A DNA stretch of 64,000 bases from an uncultured bacterium (GTDB lineage Bacteria; Desulfobacterota; GWC2-55-46). The stretch is from NCBI GenBank assembly GCA_905339405.1, contig CAJPGC010000034.1, forward strand, positions 3,052 to 67,051. The letters are read 5' to 3'. Within the stretch, counting starts at the first letter, position 1; the number at the start of each line of letters is the position of its first letter. A program made the position numbers and the translations under genes. Below the pieces are notes generated by a model. The model saw nothing but the letters and a program-made list of their open reading frames with translations, searched no databases and was not told the origin of the DNA. This document shows, piece by piece, positions 54,595 to 63,902 of the stretch.

Positions 54595-56220
54595 ATGTTT
54601 GAATTCGCTTTAAAAAAGAACGCGGCCGGACACAAAAGGCTCGAGGCCGCCATCGGCGCTCTTGCCGCCGTCGTTACGTTCCTCGTCTACTTGCCTTCCC
54701 TCGCGAATGATTTCGTGAACTGGGACGACCAGATGTACGTCTACCTGAACGCCAATATCAGGAGCTTCGATTTAGAGTTCCTGAAGTGGGCCTTCAGGAC
54801 AGACATGCTGAACGCCTACTGGCACCCGCTCACGATGATATCGTATGCAATCGACTACCAGATACTCGGGCTCAACCCGGTCCAGTACCATCTCACGAAC
54901 GGCATATTCCACGGCCTCAATACCTTACTTGTTTTTTACCTCGGCGCGGCCCTTTACAGGTCAATGCGCCCGGACGCGGTAGATGCGCGCGTATTCAACG
55001 CCGGTGCCGCGGCGGCAGGGTTCGTGAGCGCGCTCCTTTTCGGCCTCCATCCGCTCCACGTGGAGTCGGTGGCGTGGATATCGGAGAGGAAGGACGTATT
55101 GTACGCGTTTTTCTTCCTCTTGAGCGTGCTTTCGTACCTGAAGTACGCGCGGCCGCAAGCCGGGCGAAAAGCGCTTTATTACTCGTTGTCGCTCATTTTC
55201 TTCGTGCTCTCGGTAATGAGCAAGCCGATGGCCGTGACTCTGCCGCTCATGCTGCTGATACTCGACTGGCATCCGCTGGCGAGGTTTTCCTGGTCGAGCC
55301 GCGCCGAGTTTCTGAAGGTCGCGGTATTAGAGAAGCTTCCTTTTTTCTGCGTAAGCCTCGCTTCCGGTCTCCTTACCGTCTCTACGATGTACGGCCATGA
55401 GAACGTGACGGCCGGGCTATCCCTGTTCGTCCGGGCAATTGTCTCTGTGCGCGGCTACATATTTTACATCTACAAGATGTTTTTGCCCTTTGATCTCGCC
55501 CCGGTCTACCCGTATCCACAAAAAATCTTTCTATTCGAGCTCGATACGATCGTCCCGGCGGCGGCTTTCATTCTCATCTGCGTTTTCTGCCTCCTGACGT
55601 TCAGGCGGCAGAAATTTTTTACGGCGGCGTGGCTTTCATATCTCATCATGCTTCTGCCTGTCATTGGGATAATACAGAACGGACATCAGTCGGCGGCCGA
55701 CCGCTACACGTACCTTCCGTTGCTCGGTTTTTTCTTTATCGCCGGTTTCGGAGCCGCGAGGCTCATGGACAGGGCAGGAGGATATCTGAGGTTGATTGCG
55801 GCTGTTCCGGTGCTCATCGTCTTTATTTGCCTGTCGTACCTGACGTTAAAGCAGGAGGCGGTCTGGGGCGGGCCGGTCTCATTGTGGAGCAGGCAGATAG
55901 AAGTATATCCGGGCCAGCCCTGGACGGCTCATTACTTCCGGGCGCTTGGTTACGCCAAAAACGGCGAATTCGAAAAAGCGCTCAGAGATTATGAAATCCA
56001 CATGGCAAGCGGAGAGTTCGACCCGAATGACGCGGTAAAATACGTTGAGCGCGGGTCGCTCCACATTGAGTTGAACGACTGCGGGGCGGCTTTGAAGGAT
56101 TTCGAGACGGCGCTCAAGATAAAGCCGGAGTTCGAGAGCGTGGTCTTCGCGAGGCCCGTGCTGGAAGCCGGAGGCGGCAGGTGCCGCCAGGCGGTGGAAG
56201 GCCTCAAAAGCGGCCTTTGA
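54595..56220 (+). CDS. TMTC-like GT-C membrane glycosyltransferase with TPR
   Basis: FVNWDD..YV..N, WHPLT, LFGLHPLHVESVAWISERKD, ADRYTYLP, C-terminal TPRs. Start uncertain. Confidence 0.85.
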   Translation: MFEFALKKNAAGHKRLEAAIGALAAVVTFLVYLPSLANDFVNWDDQMYVYLNANIRSFDLEFLKWAFRTDMLNAYWHPLTMISYAIDYQILGLNPVQYHLTNGIFHGLNTLLVFYLGAALYRSMRPDAVDARVFNAGAAAAGFVSALLFGLHPLHVESVAWISERKDVLYAFFFLLSVLSYLKYARPQAGRKALYYSLSLIFFVLSVMSKPMAVTLPLMLLILDWHPLARFSWSSRAEFLKVAVLEKLPFFCVSLASGLLTVSTMYGHENVTAGLSLFVRAIVSVRGYIFYIYKMFLPFDLAPVYPYPQKIFLFELDTIVPAAAFILICVFCLLTFRRQKFFTAAWLSYLIMLLPVIGIIQNGHQSAADRYTYLPLLGFFFIAGFGAARLMDRAGGYLRLIAAVPVLIVFICLSYLTLKQEAVWGGPVSLWSRQIEVYPGQPWTAHYFRALGYAKNGEFEKALRDYEIHMASGEFDPNDAVKYVERGSLHIELNDCGAALKDFETALKIKPEFESVVFARPVLEAGGGRCRQAVEGLKSGL

Positions 56221-56222
56221 CG

Positions 56223-57110
56223 CTAAACGTCTTTTTTAAGGGCCGGGGCGTCAGTCAGTTCTTTTATATCGACCGATGTGTGTCCGAACTGCTGCAGGCG
56301 GTTGGTCTTGACCTTTATATCGCAGGGGTTGCATCTGCCGTAAGCGTCGCAGACCCTGTAGACGTCCTCGAGCTCGAAAGCCGGGTCGATTATGTTGCCG
56401 ACCGGCTCTCTTCCTTCATAAAGGTCGCTGTGGCACTTGTACACGCCCCCGTCGCTCCCCATGATGAGCTCGGTCGTCTTGCACAGGACAGTCCTTTCAA
56501 AGGCCTTTGAGCAAGCCCCCTCGTATTTGAAAGTCCCGTACATAACTCCCTCGTGCTCGCCTAAAAATTCCTTGAAGCGGAAATCTATGCCGGCCGAAAG
56601 GCAGTACGCCTGCGCCTTCCTGATTATCTCTTCCTGCGAAGGGTGGAGGACCCCCCATATGCCGATGGAGAACCCGGCGTCCTGCATCCTCAGCACCTTT
56701 TCGACCAGAGCTGCGAGCTCCATCTGCTCCGGGTGATAGCTGACCCTGATGGAAGCGTAGGGGGCGTTCCTCCTGAGCCTTTTCGGGTCGACCTTGCTGA
56801 TGAATTCCTCGACGTCGAACTGAAGGTTGGTGAGGATGTCGATGTGTAGCTCGGGCTTCAGGTTGTTTATGAGGTAGATGAAGTCCTTGTGTAGGCTCGG
56901 CTCCCCTCCCTGGAGGGTTAATGGCAGGTCGTCCCTCGAGACGATCCTGTTCAGCCATCTGACCCATTCCTGCCCGCTGAGGCGCTTTCTCGCCGGGCCC
57001 TCGCTGCCGTAGTGGTTTATGCAGTAGCTGCACTTCAGGTTGCACGCGAGCGTGAGGAAAGCCGCGATATAGTTGTAGTGGTCAGGTATTTTTATGGATT
57101 TGAGTTCCAT
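56223..57110 (-). CDS. Radical SAM protein
   Basis: CNLKCSYC, QGGEP, LTNL, Cys-rich C-terminus (C...VYKC...C....CNPC). Confidence 0.9.
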   Translation of the reverse strand: MELKSIKIPDHYNYIAAFLTLACNLKCSYCINHYGSEGPARKRLSGQEWVRWLNRIVSRDDLPLTLQGGEPSLHKDFIYLINNLKPELHIDILTNLQFDVEEFISKVDPKRLRRNAPYASIRVSYHPEQMELAALVEKVLRMQDAGFSIGIWGVLHPSQEEIIRKAQAYCLSAGIDFRFKEFLGEHEGVMYGTFKYEGACSKAFERTVLCKTTELIMGSDGGVYKCHSDLYEGREPVGNIIDPAFELEDVYRVCDAYGRCNPCDIKVKTNRLQQFGHTSVDIKELTDAPALKKDV

Positions 57111-57113
57111 GTC

Positions 57114-58043
57114 CTATTCCGCCAGAAGTTTTTCTATATGCCCGAGCACTGTCGCCGGTTTTATCTCGTACATGCACGGCCGCTCTTTCAGGCAGACCGT
57201 TGAAAGGCAGGGGAGGCAGTCGTAATCCTTTTCGGGCAGCAGCTTGACGCCGTGCTTGACGTAGACTTCGCTGGAGAGAGTCGGGCCGAACAGGGCGACT
57301 ATCTTCTTGTCGAGGGCGTGCGCTATGTGCAGGCCCAGGCTGTCGTTAGTCACGAGGAGCCTGCACGAGTTGACCCACTCGATGTACTCTTCTATCGATT
57401 TGAGGCCCTGCTGCCAGGAGACCGAATACTTGCTGCGTATGAGAGTCTCGAGCTCTTTCCAGTACTCCATTGGCCACGCCTTTATCGGCCATTTCTCGCC
57501 CACGTTGAAGTTGAAGCCTATGTCATGGATTACTTCAGAGGACGGCTTGTAGCCTATGACGGGTATCTCGCCCTGCCATTTGCCGCCGACCATTTCGAAG
57601 AGGAAGTCCTCCCAGTACTTCTTGTTGGAGAGCTTCTCTTTCTCGTTGATGCACATCTCCAGGACGTGCTGCGAGCCGTCGTAGGCTTTGGCTTCTCCGG
57701 CTTCGGGGTCGAACCTGAAGCCGTACCGCCTCCAGGCTGTAAGCGAGTCGGCGAAGGCGCATATACCGGCGACCTTCTCCAGGTTTATTACCGTGTCGAA
57801 CCTTTCGGCCCGAAGCTGCAGGACCGAGGTCAGGTCGTAGGGCATTATCCTCGTGATGTACTGGTTGCCCTTCAGGAGGGCTATGGCCTTCTCGTCGACC
57901 AGCCAGGTTATGTGCGCGTCCTTGTAGCGCGGCAGCAAAACGGTGCTGCGGAGCACGTCTCCGAGGCTGGTCTTCCTGCTTATCTCGCCCACGAGCGTCT
58001 CGGAGTAGCCAAGCTTGATTATGAGGACCTTTTCAGCGGCCAT
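57114..58043 (-). CDS. Glycosyltransferase family 9 (heptosyltransferase-like)
   Basis: SLGDVLRST, ITWLVD, KAWP, VTNDSLGLHIA.AL, ALFGPT, CLPC. Confidence 0.9.
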   Translation of the reverse strand: MAAEKVLIIKLGYSETLVGEISRKTSLGDVLRSTVLLPRYKDAHITWLVDEKAIALLKGNQYITRIMPYDLTSVLQLRAERFDTVINLEKVAGICAFADSLTAWRRYGFRFDPEAGEAKAYDGSQHVLEMCINEKEKLSNKKYWEDFLFEMVGGKWQGEIPVIGYKPSSEVIHDIGFNFNVGEKWPIKAWPMEYWKELETLIRSKYSVSWQQGLKSIEEYIEWVNSCRLLVTNDSLGLHIAHALDKKIVALFGPTLSSEVYVKHGVKLLPEKDYDCLPCLSTVCLKERPCMYEIKPATVLGHIEKLLAE

Positions 58044-58539
58044 CGCGGCAAAATCCCTCCCTTGTCATTCTTGCGGCTTCGGTGTAGAGCCCGGCCGGGT
58101 CGAGCCCCCGGGCCTCAAGCATCTTTTTCCTAATGAAGTACTCGGGCAGCGAATGCGCCCTCGCGGTCCCAATCCCGTTCTTGAAAAGCGACACAAGGTC
58201 GAGGAGTATGTGAAAAACGAGGCCCAAACAGACCGCAAACAGCGGGGCAGAGCCAGTAAAATACGCTGCAACGAAAAGAGGCACGATGAACTCTACCGTG
58301 TGGAAGAGCTCGACGTTCAAAAACTCCGGGCTGTGCCATTTTCTGTTGATGAGCCTGTGGTATTCGAACATGCCCTTGAAGCTGAAGTCGGTGAACCTGT
58401 TGTGCCATATGTAGTCGAGATAATGGTCGAGGTCGATGGCAACTGAGGCGGCCCAGAAAAGCAGGCTCCCGGCCCCGAGCGCCGGGTAGAGTGCGGCGGC
58501 CCCAACAGCGCCGTATACGACGTGCTCACGAGGCCTCAT
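58033..58539 (-). CDS. Small membrane metal-dependent hydrolase-like protein
   Basis: N-terminal His, IDLDH, LFHTVE, FHILLD; hydrophobic segments. Confidence 0.65.
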   Translation of the reverse strand: MRPREHVVYGAVGAAALYPALGAGSLLFWAASVAIDLDHYLDYIWHNRFTDFSFKGMFEYHRLINRKWHSPEFLNVELFHTVEFIVPLFVAAYFTGSAPLFAVCLGLVFHILLDLVSLFKNGIGTARAHSLPEYFIRKKMLEARGLDPAGLYTEAARMTREGFCRDGR

Positions 58540-60023
58540 GAGACTTTTTTCATCTCCTCTTTCGAGAATATCTCTTCCGTGTGCTTGAACTTCTCCAGGA
58601 CGAAGCTCTCGTAGACGCCCCTTATGGTGTTGAGGACCGAAAACTTCATAGGGTAGATGCGCGTCTTCACGAGATAGGCCTTTACGAAATAGTACATCAG
58701 GAAATCTACCCTGTTCATCGGCAGTTTTATGAGGTGGTTAACGACGAGGTTACGTAGTGAAGGCTTCCAGAGGACTACGGTCGAAAGGAGCGAGAGGTTC
58801 CTCTGGAGGAGCTTTTCCTTTTGAGTGAAGCAGGTCAGCGGCGAAGTAGACTGGTAGCTCATGTGGAGCTTGTCGAAGTCCCCGTCGAACGCGCCCATCT
58901 TGATGGCGTAGTTCGCCAGCTCCGTCTTCGGATATGGGAAAAAGAGCGGGAACTCGCCGAAGGTGACGCGGCATCTGAGGTTCAAGTCGAGCGATTCGAT
59001 GTCTTCCTTGAGCGTGGTGCCCGGGATGGCGAATATGGTGTTCGAGAAGGTCGGGACGCCGTGCTTGTGGCAGAGGTCGAAAGCCGCTATAAGGGTCTCC
59101 TTCGCCATGTTCCTCTTCAGAACGTCGTTGCGCACGCGGTCGTTGCCGCTTTCTATCGACATGCTCATTGAGGCGAGCCCGGCGGCCTTGAGCTTCATGA
59201 GGATGGGTTCAGTGAGGAGGTTGGCCCTCATGAGGCAGTGGAAGGGCACGCCAATCTCCCTGGGGTACCTTTCCGAAAACTCGTCGAGCCACTCGTCGTC
59301 TTTCATGACGAAGATGTCGTCGTAGAACTTTATGAACTGTGTCTCGTAGCTGCCCTTGAGCTCCTTGAGCTCGGCGATTACACGGCCCACGCTCATCCTC
59401 GAGTGGAGCGCGCCCTTGCCCTTGTAGAGCATGTTGTACTTGTGGTTGAAACAGTAGGTGCACTTGTACGGGCAGCCGCGCGAGACCATGAAGCTCCTCA
59501 TGGGGAAGCGGCCGAGCCTCGTCGACGAGTAAAAGAGCCCCCTGTCGAGGAAGGGCAGGTCGTCGAGCGCACGCCTCCTCTCCCTCATGACAGGCGGTAC
59601 GCCAGGCTTGAAGTTGCCCTTCGTCACTATGTTGGGGATGTTGTCTATCGAAGTCCTGTTTACGAGGGCCGTCAGGAGCTCCGGCCACGCGTCGTCGCCT
59701 TCGCCAACGCACAGTGCGTCTATGTCGTGCTGCGAGATAATCTCAGGGAAGAAGGTCGGGTGCGGCCCGCCGATGACCGTGAAGATATTCTTGTCGATCG
59801 CCTTTATCTGGTTGTTGGCAGCAAGATAATACTTGTGCTCGCCGGTTTTGGCGCTGAAGGCCACGACGTCCGGGCCGAAGGCAAGGACGTCCTCCTTGAG
59901 CTTGCCGTCGGCCAGGACTGAGACGGCGGTCGTGTGCCCTTTCTCCTTCGCCAGCGCGGAAAGGAGCATTATGCCCATCGGGTCGATGTACTCGACGTCT
60001 TTTATGACGAAAAGCACCTTCAC
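58536..60023 (-). CDS. B12-binding radical SAM protein
   Basis: PMGIMLLSA, IGGPHPT, GEGD, SRGCPYKCTYC, YDDIF, SIESG. GTG start at 60023 overlaps the upstream stop. Confidence 0.92.
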   Translation of the reverse strand: MKVLFVIKDVEYIDPMGIMLLSALAKEKGHTTAVSVLADGKLKEDVLAFGPDVVAFSAKTGEHKYYLAANNQIKAIDKNIFTVIGGPHPTFFPEIISQHDIDALCVGEGDDAWPELLTALVNRTSIDNIPNIVTKGNFKPGVPPVMRERRRALDDLPFLDRGLFYSSTRLGRFPMRSFMVSRGCPYKCTYCFNHKYNMLYKGKGALHSRMSVGRVIAELKELKGSYETQFIKFYDDIFVMKDDEWLDEFSERYPREIGVPFHCLMRANLLTEPILMKLKAAGLASMSMSIESGNDRVRNDVLKRNMAKETLIAAFDLCHKHGVPTFSNTIFAIPGTTLKEDIESLDLNLRCRVTFGEFPLFFPYPKTELANYAIKMGAFDGDFDKLHMSYQSTSPLTCFTQKEKLLQRNLSLLSTVVLWKPSLRNLVVNHLIKLPMNRVDFLMYYFVKAYLVKTRIYPMKFSVLNTIRGVYESFVLEKFKHTEEIFSKEEMKKVS

Positions 60024-60784
60024 CGCGCGCCCGACGCCTCCGCTTTCGACGGTTTGCCGCAATAGCGGGCCCGCTCTTTTATTCTTACGTCCCAGAAAAG
60101 GGTCATGATTGCCTTCACAACGCTCACGACGTTCTTGACCGCGAACGCCTTTGTCTTGCCAGAGCTCCTCTGGGCAATCTCGACGCCTACCTCCGAATAG
60201 CTCGCGCCGGATTTCAGCAGCCTTACGAGTATGGCCGCCATGTAGGCGAAGCCCCAGGTCTTCAATGGCACTTTTTTTAGCAGCCTTGATTTCACGAGAC
60301 AGGTGCCGTTGTAGTAGGTGACGTTGAGCCCGAACATCGCGTTGATGAGCGCGACGAAGGCCCTCGATATGACCCGTCTCGAAAATGGCCTTACCCCGGG
60401 GTTGGCCGTGTAAGGGATGATGACGTCTGCGTCCCCCGCCTTAGCCATGACTTTTTCAATGGCCTTCAAAGGTATCTCGTTGTCTCCTGGCACCATCATT
60501 ATGTAATCTTTCGAGGCCCTCTTGACGCCGTCGGTGTAGTTGAACCCGAAACCCATGTTCTTTGGGTTGTGTATGACCTTGACGTTTTTTTCCTTTTTCG
60601 CTATCCCGTCCGCGAGCGCTCCGGTCGAGTCCGTCGAGCAGTCGTTGTAGATAAGTATCTCGTGGCTGGAAAACCTGTTCACGGAGGAAAGAGCGCCCTT
60701 GACGGCCTCTATCGTGCCCTTGAGGTTGCCTTCCTCGTTATAGCAGGGGACGATTATCGATATGCTAGGCTTTTCTTTCGCCAT
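60020..60784 (-). CDS. Glycosyltransferase family 2 (DPM1-like)
   Basis: ISIIVPCYNEE, NDCSTDST, HNPKNMGFG, PGDN. Confidence 0.9.
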   Translation of the reverse strand: MAKEKPSISIIVPCYNEEGNLKGTIEAVKGALSSVNRFSSHEILIYNDCSTDSTGALADGIAKKEKNVKVIHNPKNMGFGFNYTDGVKRASKDYIMMVPGDNEIPLKAIEKVMAKAGDADVIIPYTANPGVRPFSRRVISRAFVALINAMFGLNVTYYNGTCLVKSRLLKKVPLKTWGFAYMAAILVRLLKSGASYSEVGVEIAQRSSGKTKAFAVKNVVSVVKAIMTLFWDVRIKERARYCGKPSKAEASGAR

Positions 60785-61820
60785 GTCCTGCGGTCTTCCT
60801 CGCGGCCTCGATTATGTCGTCTTTGCCAGGGTAGTACGCCTTCTCTAGCGCCGGGCTCGCCGGGGTGGGGGCTTCCGGCAGGTTGACCCTCATGAAGGGG
60901 GCCTTCAAAGAGACGCCCGCCTCTGCGACCTTTGCAATGACCTCGGCTCCCACGGCGCACTCTTTCCAGCCGGTGTCGGCAACGATGAGCCTTCCGGTCT
61001 TTTTTACCGACTCGATAACTGTTGACGAGTCCATCGGCTTTAGAGTCCGGAGGTCTATGACCTCCGCGTCTATCCCCTCGGCCGCCAGCGCCTCTGCCGC
61101 CTGCATCGCTTCGTGAGCCATGTGGGAGACCGCAACTATTGTCACGTCCTTGCCGCTCCTACGCACCGACGCCTTGCCGAGGGGCACTTCGTACATCTCT
61201 TCGGGCACGTGGCCCACGTGGTCGTAGAGCCACCTGTGCTCTATCATGATGACGGGGTTGCCGTCGCGTGAGGCGGCGATGAGGAGCCCTTTGGCGTCAT
61301 AAGGTGTTGCGGGCATTATTACTCTCAGGCCGGGTATGTTCATGAACATTGCCTGCAGGCTCTGGGAGTGCTGGGCCGCCGAGCCCCAGCCCCTGCCGAT
61401 GATGCTGCGTATGACGAGCGGGACATTCACCGTCCCGCCGAACATGTAGTTCCATTTCGCGGCGTGGTTGACTATCTGGTCGAGCGAGATAGGCAGGAAG
61501 TCGACCCTCATGTGGACGAGTATGGGCTTCATCCCGGCAGCTGCCGCGCCCACGCAGACCCCTGTCACGCCGTTCTCGGCAAGCGGGCTGTCCATGACGC
61601 GCTCCTTGCCGAACTCTTCCTGAAGCCCCTTTGTGGTGCCGAAGACCCCGCCGGAGTCGTCGACTCCTTCGCCTATTACGAAGACCGACTTGTCGGACGC
61701 AAGGAGCTGAGCGGTAGCCTCCCTGATGGCTTCCTTGTAGGTAATGCCGCGAAGCCCGGGCGTGTCTTTCAGGGCCTTTTCAAACTCGGTCCTGCTGCCG
61801 TATATTTTAGTCCAGGGCAT
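60765..61820 (-). CDS. TPP-dependent E1 beta subunit (pyruvate/acetoin dehydrogenase-like)
   Basis: GGVFGTT.GL..FG.ERV.DSPLAE, AAQHSQS, PATPYDAKGLL, EVIDLRTLKP. Confidence 0.92.
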   Translation of the reverse strand: MPWTKIYGSRTEFEKALKDTPGLRGITYKEAIREATAQLLASDKSVFVIGEGVDDSGGVFGTTKGLQEEFGKERVMDSPLAENGVTGVCVGAAAAGMKPILVHMRVDFLPISLDQIVNHAAKWNYMFGGTVNVPLVIRSIIGRGWGSAAQHSQSLQAMFMNIPGLRVIMPATPYDAKGLLIAASRDGNPVIMIEHRWLYDHVGHVPEEMYEVPLGKASVRRSGKDVTIVAVSHMAHEAMQAAEALAAEGIDAEVIDLRTLKPMDSSTVIESVKKTGRLIVADTGWKECAVGAEVIAKVAEAGVSLKAPFMRVNLPEAPTPASPALEKAYYPGKDDIIEAARKTAGHGERKA

Positions 61821-62830
61821 TATTTACCGGCCTTGTGATAGACGTCCTCGAGGAGCCTGGACGCGTGAGGGTAGGGGCTTGCCTTGGCGAACTCGACAGC
61901 CTCCGTCAATTCGGCGTTAATCGCGCTCTTCGCCTGTTCCATTTCCTCTGTGGTCAACGCGCCTTTTTCAAGGAGGAGATTGGAGAACCTCTTTATGGGG
62001 CACTGCTCCTTCCAGTAGTCGAGCTCCTCTTTGGGACGGCAGCCCTTTGTCCAGTCTTCTTCAGGGCCGACGTGCCCCTTCCACCTGTAGGTCTTCGCTT
62101 CTATCAGCGACGGCCCGCCGCCCTTGCGGCCGAGGCCGACGGCTTCTTGGGCCGCCTTGTACACGGCCAGCACGTCGTTACCGTCAACGCAATGGCCGCG
62201 CGAGTCGAATGAAGCGGCCGATTCCGATATCCTGCAGCCGCTCTGGCGCGCAGACTGGTGCGAGTTCGTAGCGTAGAAGTTGTTCTCGCATACGAAGACG
62301 ACTGGGAGTTTTTTAAGGGAGGCGAAGTTGAACGATTCGTAGAACGCGCCCTCGTCGAAGGCCCCGTCGCCGAAAAAGACCACGGTGACGCGCTCCTCAT
62401 CCCTCATCGAAGAGGCAAGGGCCGCTCCGACGCCCATCGGTATGCCGCCGCCTACAATGGCGGAGGTGCCGAGTATGCCGTTTGCCGCGTCTATGATGTG
62501 CATGGAGCCGCCTTTGCCGGAGCTGCACCCGGTTTCCTTGCCGTAGAACTCTGCCATGAGAGGGGCCATTGCCGCGCCTTTCGCCAGGCAGTGGCCGTGT
62601 CCGCGGTGGTTGGAGAAGACGTAGTCGTTCTTGAAGAGGTGCGCGCATACCCCGGCGGCAATGGCCTCCTGGCCTATGCACAGGTGCACAGGGCACTTCA
62701 TCTCCTGTTCTGGATAGAGCTCTACGATCTTCTCCTCGAACATCCTTATCCTGAGCATGGAACGATACAGGTCGAGGAGGATTTTTTTTGTGAGGGTGTT
62801 CAGCCCGTATTTGCTGAGTATCTCTTTCAT
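61820..62830 (-). CDS. TPP-dependent E1 alpha subunit
   Basis: HLCIGQEA, HRGHGH.LAKG, GKGGSMH, FFGDGA...ENN (TPP motif), TYRWKGH. Confidence 0.93.
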   Translation of the reverse strand: MKEILSKYGLNTLTKKILLDLYRSMLRIRMFEEKIVELYPEQEMKCPVHLCIGQEAIAAGVCAHLFKNDYVFSNHRGHGHCLAKGAAMAPLMAEFYGKETGCSSGKGGSMHIIDAANGILGTSAIVGGGIPMGVGAALASSMRDEERVTVVFFGDGAFDEGAFYESFNFASLKKLPVVFVCENNFYATNSHQSARQSGCRISESAASFDSRGHCVDGNDVLAVYKAAQEAVGLGRKGGGPSLIEAKTYRWKGHVGPEEDWTKGCRPKEELDYWKEQCPIKRFSNLLLEKGALTTEEMEQAKSAINAELTEAVEFAKASPYPHASRLLEDVYHKAGK

Positions 62831-62834
62831 GTCG

Positions 62835-63902
62835 TCAGATGAAGTTCACGTGGAGGGAAGGGTTTTTGAGCTCCCAGAGGTAACGGTTCACCTCGTCCAT
62901 CCTGCAGTTGACGCGGCACTCAGAAGTGTCGAGCTCTTTCATCACGAACTCCATAACCTTTTTGCGCCGCTCGCCCTTCCATATCTCCTCGAAGGTGTTT
63001 TCAGTGATGTTGCCCATGAGGAACCTTTCGTCCCCGAGGAACGCGCTGCACGCCCACACGCCGCCGCCGGCGTCGATATACGACCAGAATGGGATGGCGA
63101 GGCATTTGCCGTAGCGCCTTTTTTTCTCCTCGAGCCTGGTCATTGCGTTGTGCCTGAATATGACGTTGAACCTCTTGTCCGAGATTTTTCTGAGCTCGTC
63201 GCCTAGGTAGAGGTAGTCGTTATACTTAAGGCCGTCGTAGACCCTGGTCTTGCTCTTGAGGTGCTGGGAGTATGACTTTATGACGAGGTAGTCAGCCCCG
63301 ATGTCCTTCGCTTTTTTCGCAAGGAGGACCGCCTCATGGACGTTCTCAGGCAGCAGGATCATCTGCATGCCTATGGTCGAGGTGAGCCCCTCGGCTTCCC
63401 TGAACTTCACGGCACCGCTTATGTTTTTAAGGACTTTATCGAAGTCCTCTTCCTTTGTCCTGTGTATTTTAGCGTAGGTCGCCGCTGTCCCCGCGTTGAA
63501 GCTAACTTTTATCCATGTGATGGAGGCGAGGCACTCCTTGAAGACCTTCTCGGTGAAAAGGACCCCGTTGGAGGTCACGGCAACGTCTATGCCTGATTTT
63601 TTGGTGTGGTTTATAATCGCCGGGATGGACTTGTGGAGAAAGGGCTCGCCTTCACCGGCGTACATTATCGATTTGACGCCGAGCCTTCCCATCTCAATAA
63701 GCCTTGCCTTGAGGAGTTCAGTGTCGAGCTGGCGGGCCTGGTATTCCATGTAGTCCAGTCCGCAGTAGGTACACCGGTGGTTGCAGGCCCCGATCGGGGA
63801 GACTTCCATGTATACCGGGTATACGTCAACGCCCTTGAGCCAGTCGTTAACCCTGCCGACGTGGTACATGAGCTTGTGACTGTCGATCCTGAACTCGTCC
63901 AT
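62835..63902 (-). CDS. Radical SAM/SPASM protein, first gene of the glycan-modification operon
   Basis: CNHRCTYC, GEGEP, TSNG, C..PF...I...G.V.AC, GNI....FEEIW, CRVNC. Start MDEFRIDSHKL inferred. Confidence 0.9.
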   Translation of the reverse strand: MDEFRIDSHKLMYHVGRVNDWLKGVDVYPVYMEVSPIGACNHRCTYCGLDYMEYQARQLDTELLKARLIEMGRLGVKSIMYAGEGEPFLHKSIPAIINHTKKSGIDVAVTSNGVLFTEKVFKECLASITWIKVSFNAGTAATYAKIHRTKEEDFDKVLKNISGAVKFREAEGLTSTIGMQMILLPENVHEAVLLAKKAKDIGADYLVIKSYSQHLKSKTRVYDGLKYNDYLYLGDELRKISDKRFNVIFRHNAMTRLEEKKRRYGKCLAIPFWSYIDAGGGVWACSAFLGDERFLMGNITENTFEEIWKGERRKKVMEFVMKELDTSECRVNCRMDEVNRYLWELKNPSLHVNFI

